Shown here: positions 1 to 10,901 of the stretch, piece by piece
Layout: each line of letters begins with the position of its first letter
Position numbering within the stretch: the first letter of the stretch is position 1
Source: Tubiluchus corallicola
Taxonomy: Eukaryota; Animalia; Priapulida
Assembly: GCA_030141605.1 (NCBI GenBank)
Contig: JAQGDQ010001890.1
Location: forward strand, 1 to 22,126
Direction: 5' to 3'
Length of the DNA stretch: 22,126 nucleotides
Program-made: the position numbers and the translations under genes
Notes under the pieces: generated by a model
The model's input: the letters and a program-made list of their open reading frames with translations, nothing else
What the model was told of the DNA's origin: nothing
Databases searched by the model: none

Positions 1-20
1 TATATATATATATATATATA
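1..20. repeat. (TA)n microsatellite, truncated by the window edge
   Basis: tatatatatatatatatata at 1-20. Confidence 0.95.
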
Positions 21-267
21 AAGTATTTAATAATTTCATGTGTTTTTTCCTTTTTTCTATTTTTCTTTCGCCTGCAGATAAGATATAACCGTGATTTTTC
101 ATTAGTTGACTCTATTCTTGTCATTAAAAATTAAATTTACATTGTCTTAAAGGGTTTTCAACTGACGAAGTATTGCCATTTCGATACGTATTGAAAATGT
201 AAGCATTTTTGTACTTGAAACACATTTTTTTTCTTTAATATTGTGCTGCGTTCATTTTATGTTATAG

Positions 268-419
268 TTATTACAATGACGTATAAAAGGCATTCCTTGC
301 ATGCACATTTGGAGCAATTCAGAGGTCTGCCACATCTCAGTAAGGTGTTAATTATCTGGAATAACCTAGAAGCACCTCTCACTTCCATCGAGTGGCCAGA
401 TATAGGTGTACCAGTGTTG
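268..419 (+). CDS. EXTL3: Exostosin-like (EXTL3-type) GT64 glycosyltransferase, first visible exon
   Basis: Encodes ITMTYKRHSLHAHLEQFRGLPHLSKVLIIWNNLEAPLTSIEWPDIGVPVL, matching the EXTL3 GT64 start (VMLTYER...GLPYLNKVVVVWN...WPDIGVPI). Donor gtaaga at 420 (phase 0). Acceptor ttatag at 262-267 is the less certain boundary; an in-frame TGA at 216-218 requires an intron upstream. Confidence 0.85.
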
Positions 420-438
420 GTAAGACGTTGCTTTTGAC

Positions 439-829
439 TTTTTTCTCTTTTTCCTTTTGCTGTTTGTCTTCTCCAACAAAGGAGCGTTCGAAATAGCTTT
501 TACCAGAGCTGGACGTTTTTCGTTAGGGAAACGTTCCACATTTATATTAACAGAATATTTTTCGGGATAACTATCGGATTTCGGGATAAACTATTACGTT
601 ATCAGAACATAATATATTATTTATACATTACAAATAATGGCTACATATCTTGTACAGTTTTTCGATAAAAACGTTTATGAGTAAACAAAAGTACAGCTTT
701 TTTCTTTCCTTTGCTAAGTTGTCAGATAACATACTACATACCAACAATTGGCTCTGTTTATAAAACTACATCTTGCATCTTGCTTAGTATAAATTTTTTT
801 CTCTTTTTGCTTTTGCTTTTTGTCTTCTC
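439..829 (+). repeat. Duplicated copy of the EXT gene's last-exon tail and 3' flank (475-796), flanked by 35-bp direct repeats (439-473, 795-829)
   Basis: 475-796 aligns with 11100-11339 joined to 11785-11848. Flanks ttttttctctttttccttttgctgtttgtcttctc and ttttttctctttttgcttttgctttttgtcttctc differ at 2 of 35 positions. Confidence 0.9.
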
Positions 830-1074
830 GTTTCGTTATTTTGCGTCTGTTTATTTGCTTGTTCAACTCAACCCCAAGTTCTTAAGGTTTCCTGTTTTGT
901 AACGCTGGTAAATAATATGGAATTTAACCTGTTTCTGGTTTCGACTAACAAAATGGAGACTAGTGTGCTTTCTTGTAAAAATCCTCCCAAACAAGGTCTT
1001 ACAGCCTGTGCATTCAGTTCTAGGAAGACTTCTCCTTGCGTCTTCTTATCTACTATCGTTGGTTTGCCCATTAA

Positions 1075-1534
1075 CCCTTTCAGTCCCAAATTATTTTTTT
1101 AATAAGAAAAATTTTTTTGGCTTGGTACTTTTGTTCAGTATGTCCATCTTGTTTACACATAATAATTATTTTTTTCTGCCTGTGCCCGCGTGCTAAATAT
1201 AGCCTTTATTCCACGGGATACATTGGGATTCAATGGAAGCATAAAATGTGCTTCATTTTGCAACTGCTGATAATTTTTTAAAGTATTTAAGACATTTAGT
1301 ATGCATGCTATGCTGATCTGTACAAAGTCGTCTCTAAAGTACTGTACCTTGCGCAGTTTTTTATGCTATGTAGATTTTCTAGTTTGCTATTTTATCACCA
1401 TTTTTAGTCTATTGCTATTGGCTTAAATCAAAATAACTATTAACAGATCAAATAACTGTCAGTTTTAAAATTTTATTAATTTTAAAGGCAGAAAATATTC
1501 TCGTATCCCACGGGATACAACGGGTATGAAAGGG
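1075..1534. mobile_element. Non-autonomous piggyBac-type element (MITE)
   Basis: TTAA at 1071-1074 and 1535-1538. Termini CCCTTTCAGTCCC ... GGGTATGAAAGGG (11/13 inverted match). Subterminal palindrome gtatcccacgggatac at 1503-1518. No transposase ORF. Confidence 0.8.
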
Positions 1535-2412
1535 TTAAGGTTACGCCTTACCTTCAACAAGTAGGTTCTTATTATTACGGCTGACAAATTATTAGTAAAA
1601 TCTTTATTTCGAGTCGCATTCATATTTTCTCGTTTCATCGCATCATCCCGAATGAAAATTTGCCTTTTAGGCCGGCTTGTATAAAACTGAATCGTCTAAA
1701 CAAATATCTTCCATTCCTTGAAGTGTGTTACATAAAACAAGCACAAGTAGTTTTAGACATTAAGGCTTCCAAGTGAATATCCCACCTTAAAATTGTTTTA
1801 CAAACGCCTAACAATTTCTCATAGTCTAACACTTCAAAATTTGCCGTGCTATTTGTAGTTTTAGACCAATATTTGCAGAAATATTTCTACGAAAATCAAA
1901 TTCAGCAAATTGCTTTTGAATTGATATGCTGTCCTTTTGTGTTATATAAGGCACTAATAAAATTACTTATTTCTCTATTTTGCAAGCCTGCTTCTTGTCA
2001 TATGAATAGAGTGAAAGCGAAATTGTTAAAATTTTATAAAATTAAATTAAAATTAATAAATTTAATTAAATTATCGTTAATTACAATCAAGCTCATAATG
2101 TAAACATTAGCTTGTACACTCTTTTTAAACGAGTTTGTACTTCCACTGTGCACGCAATTCATATTACATGTAAGACATTAGTCCGCTGTTAAGTTATACA
2201 TCCTGCAATAGCAAATGACAGCCATTTAACGTTTAAGGACTAGTCATCGGCTCTGCCCTCTGAGCAGTCAGTGAACAAATTCATTTAGGGACTCTTATGT
2301 AAGAGTTATTTTTAGTTATGAGCTGATGTGTAAAATTAGTGGACTAATTAAAGTGTCTGTAAACTGCATATAAATGGTTGCAGGAGTAACGGTTAACCAT
2401 TAGTTTTTGGAC

Positions 2413-3401
2413 AACTTCTGAGTAGTGGACAAGACGCATGTGCTTAACTTCTGAGTAGTGCACAAGACGCGTGTGCTTAACTTCTGAGTAGTGGACAAGA
2501 CGCGTGTGCTTAACTTCTGAGGGTGTGTTTAGTGGACAAGACGCGTGTGCTTAACTTCTGAGTAGTGGACAAGACGCGTGTGCTTAACTTCTGAGTAGTG
2601 GACAAGACGCGTGTGCTTAACTTCTGAGTAGTGCACAAGACGAGTGTGCTTAACCTCTGAGTAGTGGACAAGACACGTGTGCTTAACTTCTGAGTAGTGG
2701 ACAAGACGCGTGTGCTTAACTTCTGAGTAGTGGACAAGACGCGTGTGCTTAACTTCTGAGTAGTGCACAAGACGCGTGTGCTTAACTTCTGAGTAGTGGA
2801 CAAGACGCGTGTGCTTAACTTCTGAGTAGGACAAGACGCGTTTTGTACAGACGCGTGCTTAACTTAGTATGACAAGACGCTTGTGCTTAACCTGTGTGTA
2901 GTGGACAAGACGCGTGAGCTTAACCTCTGTGTAGTGGACAAGACGCGTGTGCTTAACTTCTGAGTAGTGGACAAGACGCGTGTGCTTAACTTCTGAGTAG
3001 TGGACAAGACGCGTGTGCTTAACTTCTGAGTAGTGGACAAGATGCGTGTGCTTAACTTCTGAGTAGTGCACAAGACACGTGTGCTTAACTTCTGAGTAGT
3101 GGACAAGACGCGTGTGCTTAACTTCTGAGTAGTGCACAAGACGCGTGTGCTTAACTTCTGAGTAGTGCACAAGACGCGTGTGCTTAACTTCTGAGTAGTG
3201 GGCAAGACGCGTGTGCTTAACTTCTGAGTAGTGCACAAGACGCGTGTGCTTAACTTCTGAGTAGTGGGCAAGACGCGTGTGCTTAACTTCTGAGTAGTGC
3301 ACAAGACGCGTGTGCTTAACTTCTGAGTAGTGGACAAGACGCGTGTGCTTAACCTCTGAGTAGTGCACAAGACGCGTGTGCTTAACCTCTGAGTAGTGGA
3401 C
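2413..3401. repeat. 33-bp minisatellite, about 30 copies, intronic
   Basis: Head-to-tail unit aacttctgagtagtggacaagacgcgtgtgctt with ggac/gcac/gggc variants; degenerate patch at about 2825-2930; no spacers. Confidence 0.97.
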
Positions 3402-3589
3402 CTAAAGATCTATTCATGTGACTCTTTACTTTGTACTGACAATATACGATTACACTTATGTTACATTGGACTTATGGACTTCTATTACAGCACGCGAGTT
3501 TAATTATTCTACGAATTCATTTTATCATCAAGTCAACAAGTTAACGAGCTAATAAACATCTCATCCTTACTATAGTAAGGTCATTCAAG

Positions 3590-3839
3590 CAGAGCCTATT
3601 TCAGCCTAAGCGAGGCCCAGGGAAGTGGGGTGTGTGAGGCCTCTTCGGGGGGGCGGCGCCACCATGGTTGGCGCCCAGAAAATTTTTGAACTGCTAGAAC
3701 GCCGGAGAAGCATTTTCGAAGAGAAAATATGGAGTTATACAGTATGTTCGCTAAAGCAAAAAAAATAATGTTACCTCGGCGCGAGGCCCCCCTGGAGGGT
3801 GAGGCCCCGGGGAAGTATCCCCACTTCCCCCCTTGAAAT
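3590..3839 (+). mobile_element. hAT-type MITE, short copy with truncated right TIR
   Basis: Begins cagagcctatttca, colinear with 4146-4614, ends at tgaaat (right TIR incomplete, no TSD found). Confidence 0.85.
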
Positions 3840-4145
3840 CTCAGACGATACAGACTATCTAACTCACATTATTAATCATAACTCTCTAATGTACCGGTTT
3901 GATGTTGCCAAAAACATCTGGGTTCCAACATAGTGTTAGTTTTTTATACATTTTGTTATCAACTAAAAAGAACGTACCTAAGGTGAGAAAGACTCGCTAC
4001 TTTTCATAAAAACTTTCTTGGCTAATACACAAAGTTAAGAAATCACTTTGAAAAAGTCAATTGGTTCTGAGCAAGCTGATCCAAAACTTTAGTTAAAAAC
4101 CACAAAAGCCATGTTATATTACGATTCCGATTTGTTACTTATCAT

Positions 4146-4400
4146 CAGGGCCTATTTCAGCCTAGGCGAGGCTCGGGGAAGTGTGGCGTGTGAGGCCTCA
4201 TTTGGGGGGCGAAGCGCCGGGGGCGGGCGTTACCATGGTTGGCGCCCAGAAAATTTTTGAACTGCTAGAACGCCGGAGAAGCATTTTCGAAGAAAAAATA
4301 TGGAGTTATACAGTTGTTAAAGGAAAGACCAATTGAAAGAAAAACTGCTTTATTCTCAAGACCAGTCCTTAATACTTGTCAATACTGGCAAACGGCGCGG

Positions 4401-4490
<90 letters not shown>

Positions 4491-4614
4491 GGAGAGAGAG
4501 AGGAGGCAGTATGTTCGCATGAAACAAAAAAAAATGTTGCATTGGCGCGAGGCCCCCCTGGAGGGTGAGGCCCCGGGGAAGTATCCCCACTTCCCTCCCT
4601 TGAAATAGGCCCTG
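4146..4614 (+). mobile_element. hAT-type MITE, intact, carrying a (GA)n tract
   Basis: Perfect 14-bp TIR cagggcctatttca / tgaaataggccctg; 8-bp TSD cttatcat at 4138-4145 and 4615-4622. Confidence 0.92.
4403..4489. repeat. (GA)n microsatellite inside the hAT MITE
   Basis: Uninterrupted agagag run of about 43 units. Confidence 0.97.
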
Positions 4615-4992
4615 CTTATCATGAACTTGTGCAGTTTTATCTACTTAATACAAATCTGGTTCTGCCAGATGGCGCCATAAGTATGATTAGTCCGAGGAAG
4701 TTAATGCGTAACGTTAGCTCAAATTTGGTTTTAGTAAACGGAATTTTAATCGCCTTCGAGTAAAGAGTTCGATTTTTTTACTGACTGTATATGGTGCATT
4801 AAATGTCAATGAAAGAGGTTATAACGTGATTGCAAGAACGAGTTCAGAAGTCGACCTACCAGTGGTGTGTAGCAGACCTTACGCGTAAATGTTTGTTTGT
4901 GCTTTTTTTTAATTACGACTCACGTTTTTAATTAGCATTCTAGAAAGTTCAACATGCTTCCTGGGCTAGTATGTATATGTCTATTTTAACAG

Positions 4993-5120
4993 ATAATCAA
5001 ATCAACCAAGAACAGTATGAACAACAGATACAAGCCATATAGGTCCATTGAGACTGAAGCAGTGTTTTCGATAGACGACGATATTCTTATCAGCCACGAG
5101 AGCATATTGTTTGCTTTTAG
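4993..5120 (+). CDS. EXTL3: EXTL3-type GT64 exon carrying the DXD (DDD) motif
   Basis: ttttaacag acceptor and gtaaga donor; 128 nt; IIKSTKNSMNNRYKPYRSIETEAVFSIDDDILISHESILFAF(R) vs EXTL3 NSLNNRFLP...IETEAILSIDDD; phases fit both neighbours. Confidence 0.93.
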
Positions 5121-5231
5121 GTAAGAAGTTATGTCTGCACATTGGCTTTAGTCAAAGCTGTTTATTGACTATTATTCACGTCATAGTTGACGCGTAGTTA
5201 CAGTAAAGAGAATCTATTAAAATATGTTAAA

Positions 5232-5546
5232 TGTCAGATAATTAGGCTATGAAGAATATCCAGGAAGCCAGACTTCCAAATAAGGAATTAAGGTGCGGCG
5301 GTCACGTGACTGCTCACTCGCCAGACTTCCAAATAAGGAATTGCCCATTTGGACAGACTGCGCACGCACCTGGGATGCTGCGAAGCCACCCGCCGTAGGA
5401 GATTGATGGAGACTAGGGAGTCAGGCCGAGGAAGCCAGAGAGATCAGGGGGCTTTTGGCATTGCTATTTATCTTCTTTGATGTTACTTAATAAAAGTGTT
5501 AATTCCTAATCAACGTCTTATAGCTTTGCCATTACCCAAACATCCA
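5232..5546 (+). mobile_element. Possible solo LTR
   Basis: GC-richer island starting TG and ending CA with taaa on both sides; internal 23-bp direct repeat gccagacttccaaataaggaatt (5267-5289, 5320-5342); AATAAA at 5489-5494. Ends are ambiguous (the right end could be 5558 or 5560). Confidence 0.4.
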
Positions 5547-6646
5547 TAAACAGCTACACACCTTGCTCACATACGTACTACCCACTATACAAACCAAATA
5601 ATAATAATTTTACTGTTACTGACGCTTGACCCTCTCTCATTGATGCTTAGTTATTGATTAACACGTAATTAATGCGTTTATATGATAAACTTTGACATGT
5701 GTTATTGCCTTGACTGACCATATGCAATTTCTTGCGATAGAGCATTGAGTTATTTGCATTCATCTAATTAAAGTTGTGCCAGCGTGAAATGTATTTATGC
5801 TACATTGAATTTTCAAGACTCGTTCATCTACCTGAATTTATTTTTAGTTTGATATTATTAATCTTTCTACACGTTTATCAGGTTAACAAAAGCGTACGTA
5901 AAAACAATCTGCAATTTCACCAGGGTGTGAGGAACCGTAGATGGGAGGGGGGGGGGGGTAGAAGATTTGATCTGTTCGACCACCTAGTGTGAAAGTTGTA
6001 ACTGTATATTTTAGGTGCTGCCATCTATTGATTAGTCACTTTAACATTTTACTAGTTAAACTTACCCTTAGTACAATTGCTCGGGCCAGTGAATATGCAA
6101 ACTCACTGGATCTCCCCTATTTTTACTGTAATGGGATATGTGAAGCCAAGTTTTTGCATAGTTCTCTACATATATATACTGGCTAGATTTCACTTCTAGC
6201 CACTGTCTAATTCTTACTGATCAGTGCAGGACACTCTGGTCCTCGGTGTAATTTAGCAGTCATGTTACATATAACTATGTAGTGTAATAAACGGTTTCAG
6301 TTTTTGTGCAAACATGTAATATAGTGTTCAGTTGTTTTCTACAAGTGTTCACCTTCAACTTCATACATGACTTTCACACCTAGATTTATCACTATTCCGA
6401 GCGGGCAAGGTCTTAAAATTACGGAGGTGGCGCCAGGAGGGTTGTGAGAAAGGTCTTTCGTTTTCAATTACGACTTTACGGCTGATACAAATCATGCTAA
6501 TATACGAATAGATTATACAATGCGTACAATGATTGATATTAGTCTTAAAGATTTGTGCATTTAATAAATCAATAACAATAACAATATCAATAACACAAGT
6601 TTGCTCATTGAATAGCAAAAGTTTGTGATCATTCTGTTATAAACAG

Positions 6647-7690
6647 TGTCAAGGCAGGCCGGCCTGTTGAAGAGTTCATGGTTACAGTCTCTTAACGCGA
6701 GCATAGGCCTATGTATAAGTTCAACGCAGCTCACAATTCGTAGGCAACGCTGTAACGCTTGTAATGGCTACGCCCCTCGATATGGATCCGCCAGGTAGTT
6801 CGGTACTGCGGCCGCTACTAGAAAAACAGGTTGGTCGCAGACGCACTATTACTGGAAATGAGTCGCATCTTAGAGAGGACTACTGCCTCAACAAGCCTAG
6901 TCCATTCCCATAGCTTTTAGTAAAGATCTATCTAAAACTTATTCCTCAAAGTTCCACAAATTGTACCAATAGTTCAAATCTGTGCATAGGTATGTAGGCA
7001 AACTGGTATCGTCCGACTCGTAGCTGAAGCTCATCATTATTTGCCACCAACATCTAACAGCACAAAAGGTTTTTAACTCAAACAGAGTCAGACAACACTA
7101 CTAACCACCATACTAGTCACATCTCACTTCTTAAAGCAACGTCACGTAGGCCAGTCCCAAAAACTTGTTCACACCTCAGGAAGAAGCCAGGTGCTGCCAC
7201 CTAGTAGTTAAAACCAGCGGGAATAATTCCAGCATTCCAGTTGTTCAACATTAGCTTGGACTTAAAGCATTCGGTAGCGGGAAGAGCTTCACACACGGCA
7301 TCATTAAACTAAATGATATCTAATTTTTCGATATAAGTTTCGACATCTCAACTCCTAGTTCTCTATCAAATTGCTCTTCAATAGCACATTCTTTATCATC
7401 GTAGCTTAGAAATAATATTCTTTGTAAGATAAGAATAAGAATACAATAATAACGTTAATTATTATTACCATTCACTATGCTTGTAAAGAATGTTTTAAGA
7501 ATGCATAGTCACACTAATAAGTGTAAAATATAAATATAGCTTTTGTTTTATTATTTTTTATTAGACTTACTCTCTTTATTTAATTATTACTAACATTACC
7601 TGTCTTTTGTTTATTATTACCAGTCAAAAGTTCGTTTGTTATGTTCTTGCTTTCTACACTCAGTTGCTACTAAACTGGTAAACCGTGACA
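6647..7690 (+). mobile_element. Possible LTR relic (~1.04 kb)
   Basis: Termini tgtcaagg ... ccgtgaca (7/8 inverted match); tataag at about 7333; followed by ttagTGGtcag, which resembles the start of a primer-binding site; no TSD, no ORF. Confidence 0.35.
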
Positions 7691-7844
7691 TTAGTGGTCA
7701 GTCAAAATGGTTACAGCAAAGCAGTTATAGTTTCTTCTGATATTACTACAATTTAGTATAGTAATACACAACATTGTATGCTGGTATCTTCTTGAAATGT
7801 CTAATGTTATGTTATTTATGTTTATGTTAACATATTTATGTTAG

Positions 7845-7992
7845 GGTATGGCAAGAACATCGCTACAGAATCGTTGGTTTTGTCGGAAAGACTCACACGT
7901 GGAACTCTAGAAGCAAAAGCTGGGTATATGAATATTATCCAACTTACTGTGAACTGTCCATGGTCTTAACTGGCGCAGCTTTTTTTCACAGG
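7845..7992 (+). CDS. EXTL3: EXTL3-type GT64 exon
   Basis: tgttag acceptor and gtaatt donor; 148 nt; [49 protein letters not shown], containing the diagnostic [14 protein letters not shown]. Confidence 0.95.
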
Positions 7993-8860
7993 GTAATTTG
8001 TACTTTCTCTTTTCAGTTTATCGTCATGTTGCTATCTGATAAATCTGGAGAACTAATGGTGTAAATACTTTTGTGCATATAGAAAGATGTAGAGTTTAAA
8101 GGAGTTAGCTACCGTTCACCCTGTTACATTTGGAGCAACAATTTTGCTCTTATATTTCATTTATCAGTCACTTTGGAGAAACAATTTGGAAATCATAACA
8201 AGATGTGTTGCTCCATGGTAACAAGAAATTGTTCGCCTGTCTATTGTAGAACTTTTATTCCCTGGTTGAGAATGCGCCAGGGGTGGAGCTGATAATAGAT
8301 AGCTCATTCAGTGACGGCTGCAGCATGCCTATTTAGATTCCATGGAAGACCGGTGCCTTCGTGAACTTGCGAATCCTAAACACGTGCAACCGCTTTTCTG
8401 GAATTTGATTCGCACACCATGTAGGCCTACAAAAATATTCTCCCGATGCTTCGTATGGGGTCCTAAAGGCCTATGGGCCCTAAAAGGGGGTTCTTGTGAT
8501 TTTGAAACGAAAAAGCTAGGTTACAAGATGTAATGTTCACTTTAGAAAAACATCCATCATTGCAGTTTCCCGGTTGCGTTTTGGAGATTTTTTCGCTTAA
8601 AAAACTACGGCATACGTAGCCATGGCGGTACTCAAAATATTATTCTCTATTCCTAATAAACTTTTTAATCTGGCTATGTCTGATCTGTTATCTATTAACA
8701 TTGTCAACCGTAAAGAATAGTAAAAAACTTAGTAAGTAATAATAGTAAGAATAATAAGAACAGTAGAATAGCTTTTTTAAATTGTAATGCCTTTTACGCA
8801 TTTTAGGTATTTGCTTACTTTAGCTAATCACCATTATTAAGCTCATTACTATTATTCCAG

Positions 8861-8989
8861 GATTATATGCACATTTATAGCAACATCATGCCTGAAGTAA
8901 TCAGAAAAATGGTAGACGAAACACAGAACTGTGAAGACATAGCATTCAACCTTCTGGTGTCTCACTACACACAAAGCCCACCGATACAT
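8861..8989 (+). CDS. EXTL3: EXTL3-type GT64 exon with the NCEDI motif
   Basis: attccag acceptor and gtatgt donor; 129 nt; DYMHIYSNIMPEVIRKMVDETQNCEDIAFNLLVSHYTQSPPIH. Confidence 0.95.
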
Positions 8990-9092
8990 GTATGTACAAA
9001 ATAAAGAAATTTAAGATTAGAAGCTTTGGGATTTTATGCAGATGCAATTTTGCATCATGTTAATGTAACACCTCACAAATAATGAAGAGGCG

Positions 9093-9372
9093 TTATTTGC
9101 TTTATTTAAACTCTTCAATAATCCAAAAACCAACCATAGATTCCATAAATCTTCAGTCTGATGGTCTAATTCCACTGATGCATCGTTTTTCATGAAGATT
9201 TTATGTAATTATATTACGTCATTTCTGACGATAGACAAAATTTTCCCAAAGTTGTTTTCTCTGTATTTAAGTTTAAAACATTTTTTCAAAAGGCTACTAC
9301 TGCATTAGGTGAAATTTCTGTAGAGTTTGAGGTTCCATTTTGCATATTGAAGAGATTAAATAAAACAAATAA
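9093..9372. mobile_element. Old MITE-like element with terminal inverted repeats
   Basis: ttatttgctttatttaaactcttcaata vs reverse complement of tattgaagagattaaataaaacaaataa (26/28), with weaker similarity continuing inward; no clear TSD. Confidence 0.6.
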
Positions 9373-10369
9373 TCAAATAATGTAATGTCTTAATACTCTG
9401 TGATTCCATGGGTGGGTTAATGGGTCATGAGATTGTATGGTTACATAATCACGTAGCATTTTGATAGTCATGATTATTTCCATTCATAACCAAACCCAAC
9501 TGCCTTATAAATCATCACCACTTTATTAATAATGAAAAAGAAAATCAATAGAAGATCTTGGAGTACATCTTGAAATCCGGGCACACAAAATTCACAGGAG
9601 AAAGATAATCAGGTAATTAACATATGAAAACTAAAAAAGTTACCTAAATAATCAACTGCTGCCGTTTGAGGTTGGAAATATGTAATGCCAGCTAAAGTTA
9701 GATAATTATTTGACTTTTTCTACTGTTTTATTGCTCTAATTGTAGTTATGAAAACCTGGGCGTTAGTCCACAATCAACGCTTTACTGCCTATCAACTCTC
9801 ACAGCTGCTTAATCTCGTGTCAAACAAAGTCTGAGATCTGACTATACCTGTACAATTCCTAGACAACATTTTGTAATGCAAAGCCTTTTCACTTTACCCA
9901 AAACAAGTGCAATTTGGGTCACATATTATGAAAGTTATCAGCCCCTGGCGCTTCGTAACATTTAACTCAGATTTGACAGAGATTAGGTTCGAGTGAAACC
10001 ATGTTTTTTTAAATACCGTAGCTCTTTATTACTGTTCTATTTATAATCAAGTTGACATTTAAGAGAGACAAAAATGGCTGCAAATGTAAAATGGTTTGGG
10101 CTTTTAGAGTTTAATGTGCAAAATTACTCTAGTTTAAAAATGTGTGTTTCTATATGTTTCGGAATATCGTCATGTCTCATCAGTTGACAGCCTATAACTA
10201 AAGAGCAAAATGCTGTTCTGAACTGTGTTTAAGGGAAAGCAAATTGCAAAATAGAAGGACATCCGACGAAATCTAGGAAGAAAGGAAATCTGTTTTCTAA
10301 CACTCATGTGTTGGCAAAATATTGTTGAATACCTTAGCTATTTTCAACCTGCTATGATTTCGTTTAAAT

Positions 10370-10448
10370 ACACAAACACGTACGCACGCACGCACGCACT
10401 CACGCACACACACACACACACACACACGCACACACACACACACACACA
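10370..10448. repeat. Compound (CACG)n/(CA)n microsatellite
   Basis: acgcacgcacgc...cacacacaca. Confidence 0.95.
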
Positions 10449-10573
10449 TGGCTATCTTGATGTTATTAAATGTTACTACAGGCACAATTCATAGGAAAGT
10501 AGCGTATTGTATTGAAACATTTTATTACAATTTTAACCTGTGCAAAATACCAGCACTTACTGATGATTTACTC

Positions 10574-10633
10574 TAGTTTGTGTCACAATAATGAGCCTGA
10601 TATATTATAGTTTGTGTCACAATAATGAGCCTG
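10574..10633. repeat. Local 26-bp direct duplication separated by 8 bp
   Basis: tagtttgtgtcacaataatgagcctg at 10574-10599 and 10608-10633. Confidence 0.9.
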
Positions 10634-10901
10634 CTTTTGGCGAGTAAATGTTTTGCACAACCAGTTTTGTTTATAGTCGCGATTAGAACACTTTCACTTA
10701 AACTTATCACATATTTTGACAACACAGACAGCCAAAGTTTGCATTTCGACTTAATATTAACGGCATACTGTTTCTTTTTGAACGCCATCGACATTTAGTA
10801 GTCTGTGTAAAAATTGGAGATTGTAAGTCTGCCAAGAGGGAAACTCTAAGCTAGTGTAAAAATTTCGATTTACAATTCTCAAAAATTTGTCGTTTTTCAA
10901 G

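Noticed and set aside
2510-3370. Repetitive ORFs (HYSEVKHTRLV)n and (STTQKLSTRVL)n on the - strand
   Set aside because: A by-product of a 33-bp unit (multiple of 3) lacking stops in two frames; no ATG start or splice context, and the frames break at the degenerate patch
2413-3401. CRISPR-like array (33-bp repeats)
   Set aside because: Units are head-to-tail with no unique spacers, there are no cas genes, and it lies in a spliceosomal intron
3565-3580. Perfect 16-bp palindrome ccttactatagtaagg next to the first hAT copy
   Set aside because: Isolated and AT-rich, with no associated element end; could be a footprint or chance
4314-4622. ORFs with (ER)n or (SL)n runs
   Set aside because: Translations of the (GA)n microsatellite inside a MITE
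6087-6210. Two short hairpins (ccagtga...tcactgg; tggctaga...tctagcca followed by ctaa) suggesting a Helitron 3' end
   Set aside because: Stems are short, the spacing to CTRR is atypical and no 5' end or second copy is visible
8120-8230. Short inverted motifs ggagcaaca / tgttgctcc
   Set aside because: Too degenerate to define an element or its boundaries
10297-10494. ORFs with (TH)n or (CV)n runs
   Set aside because: Translations of the (CA)n microsatellite
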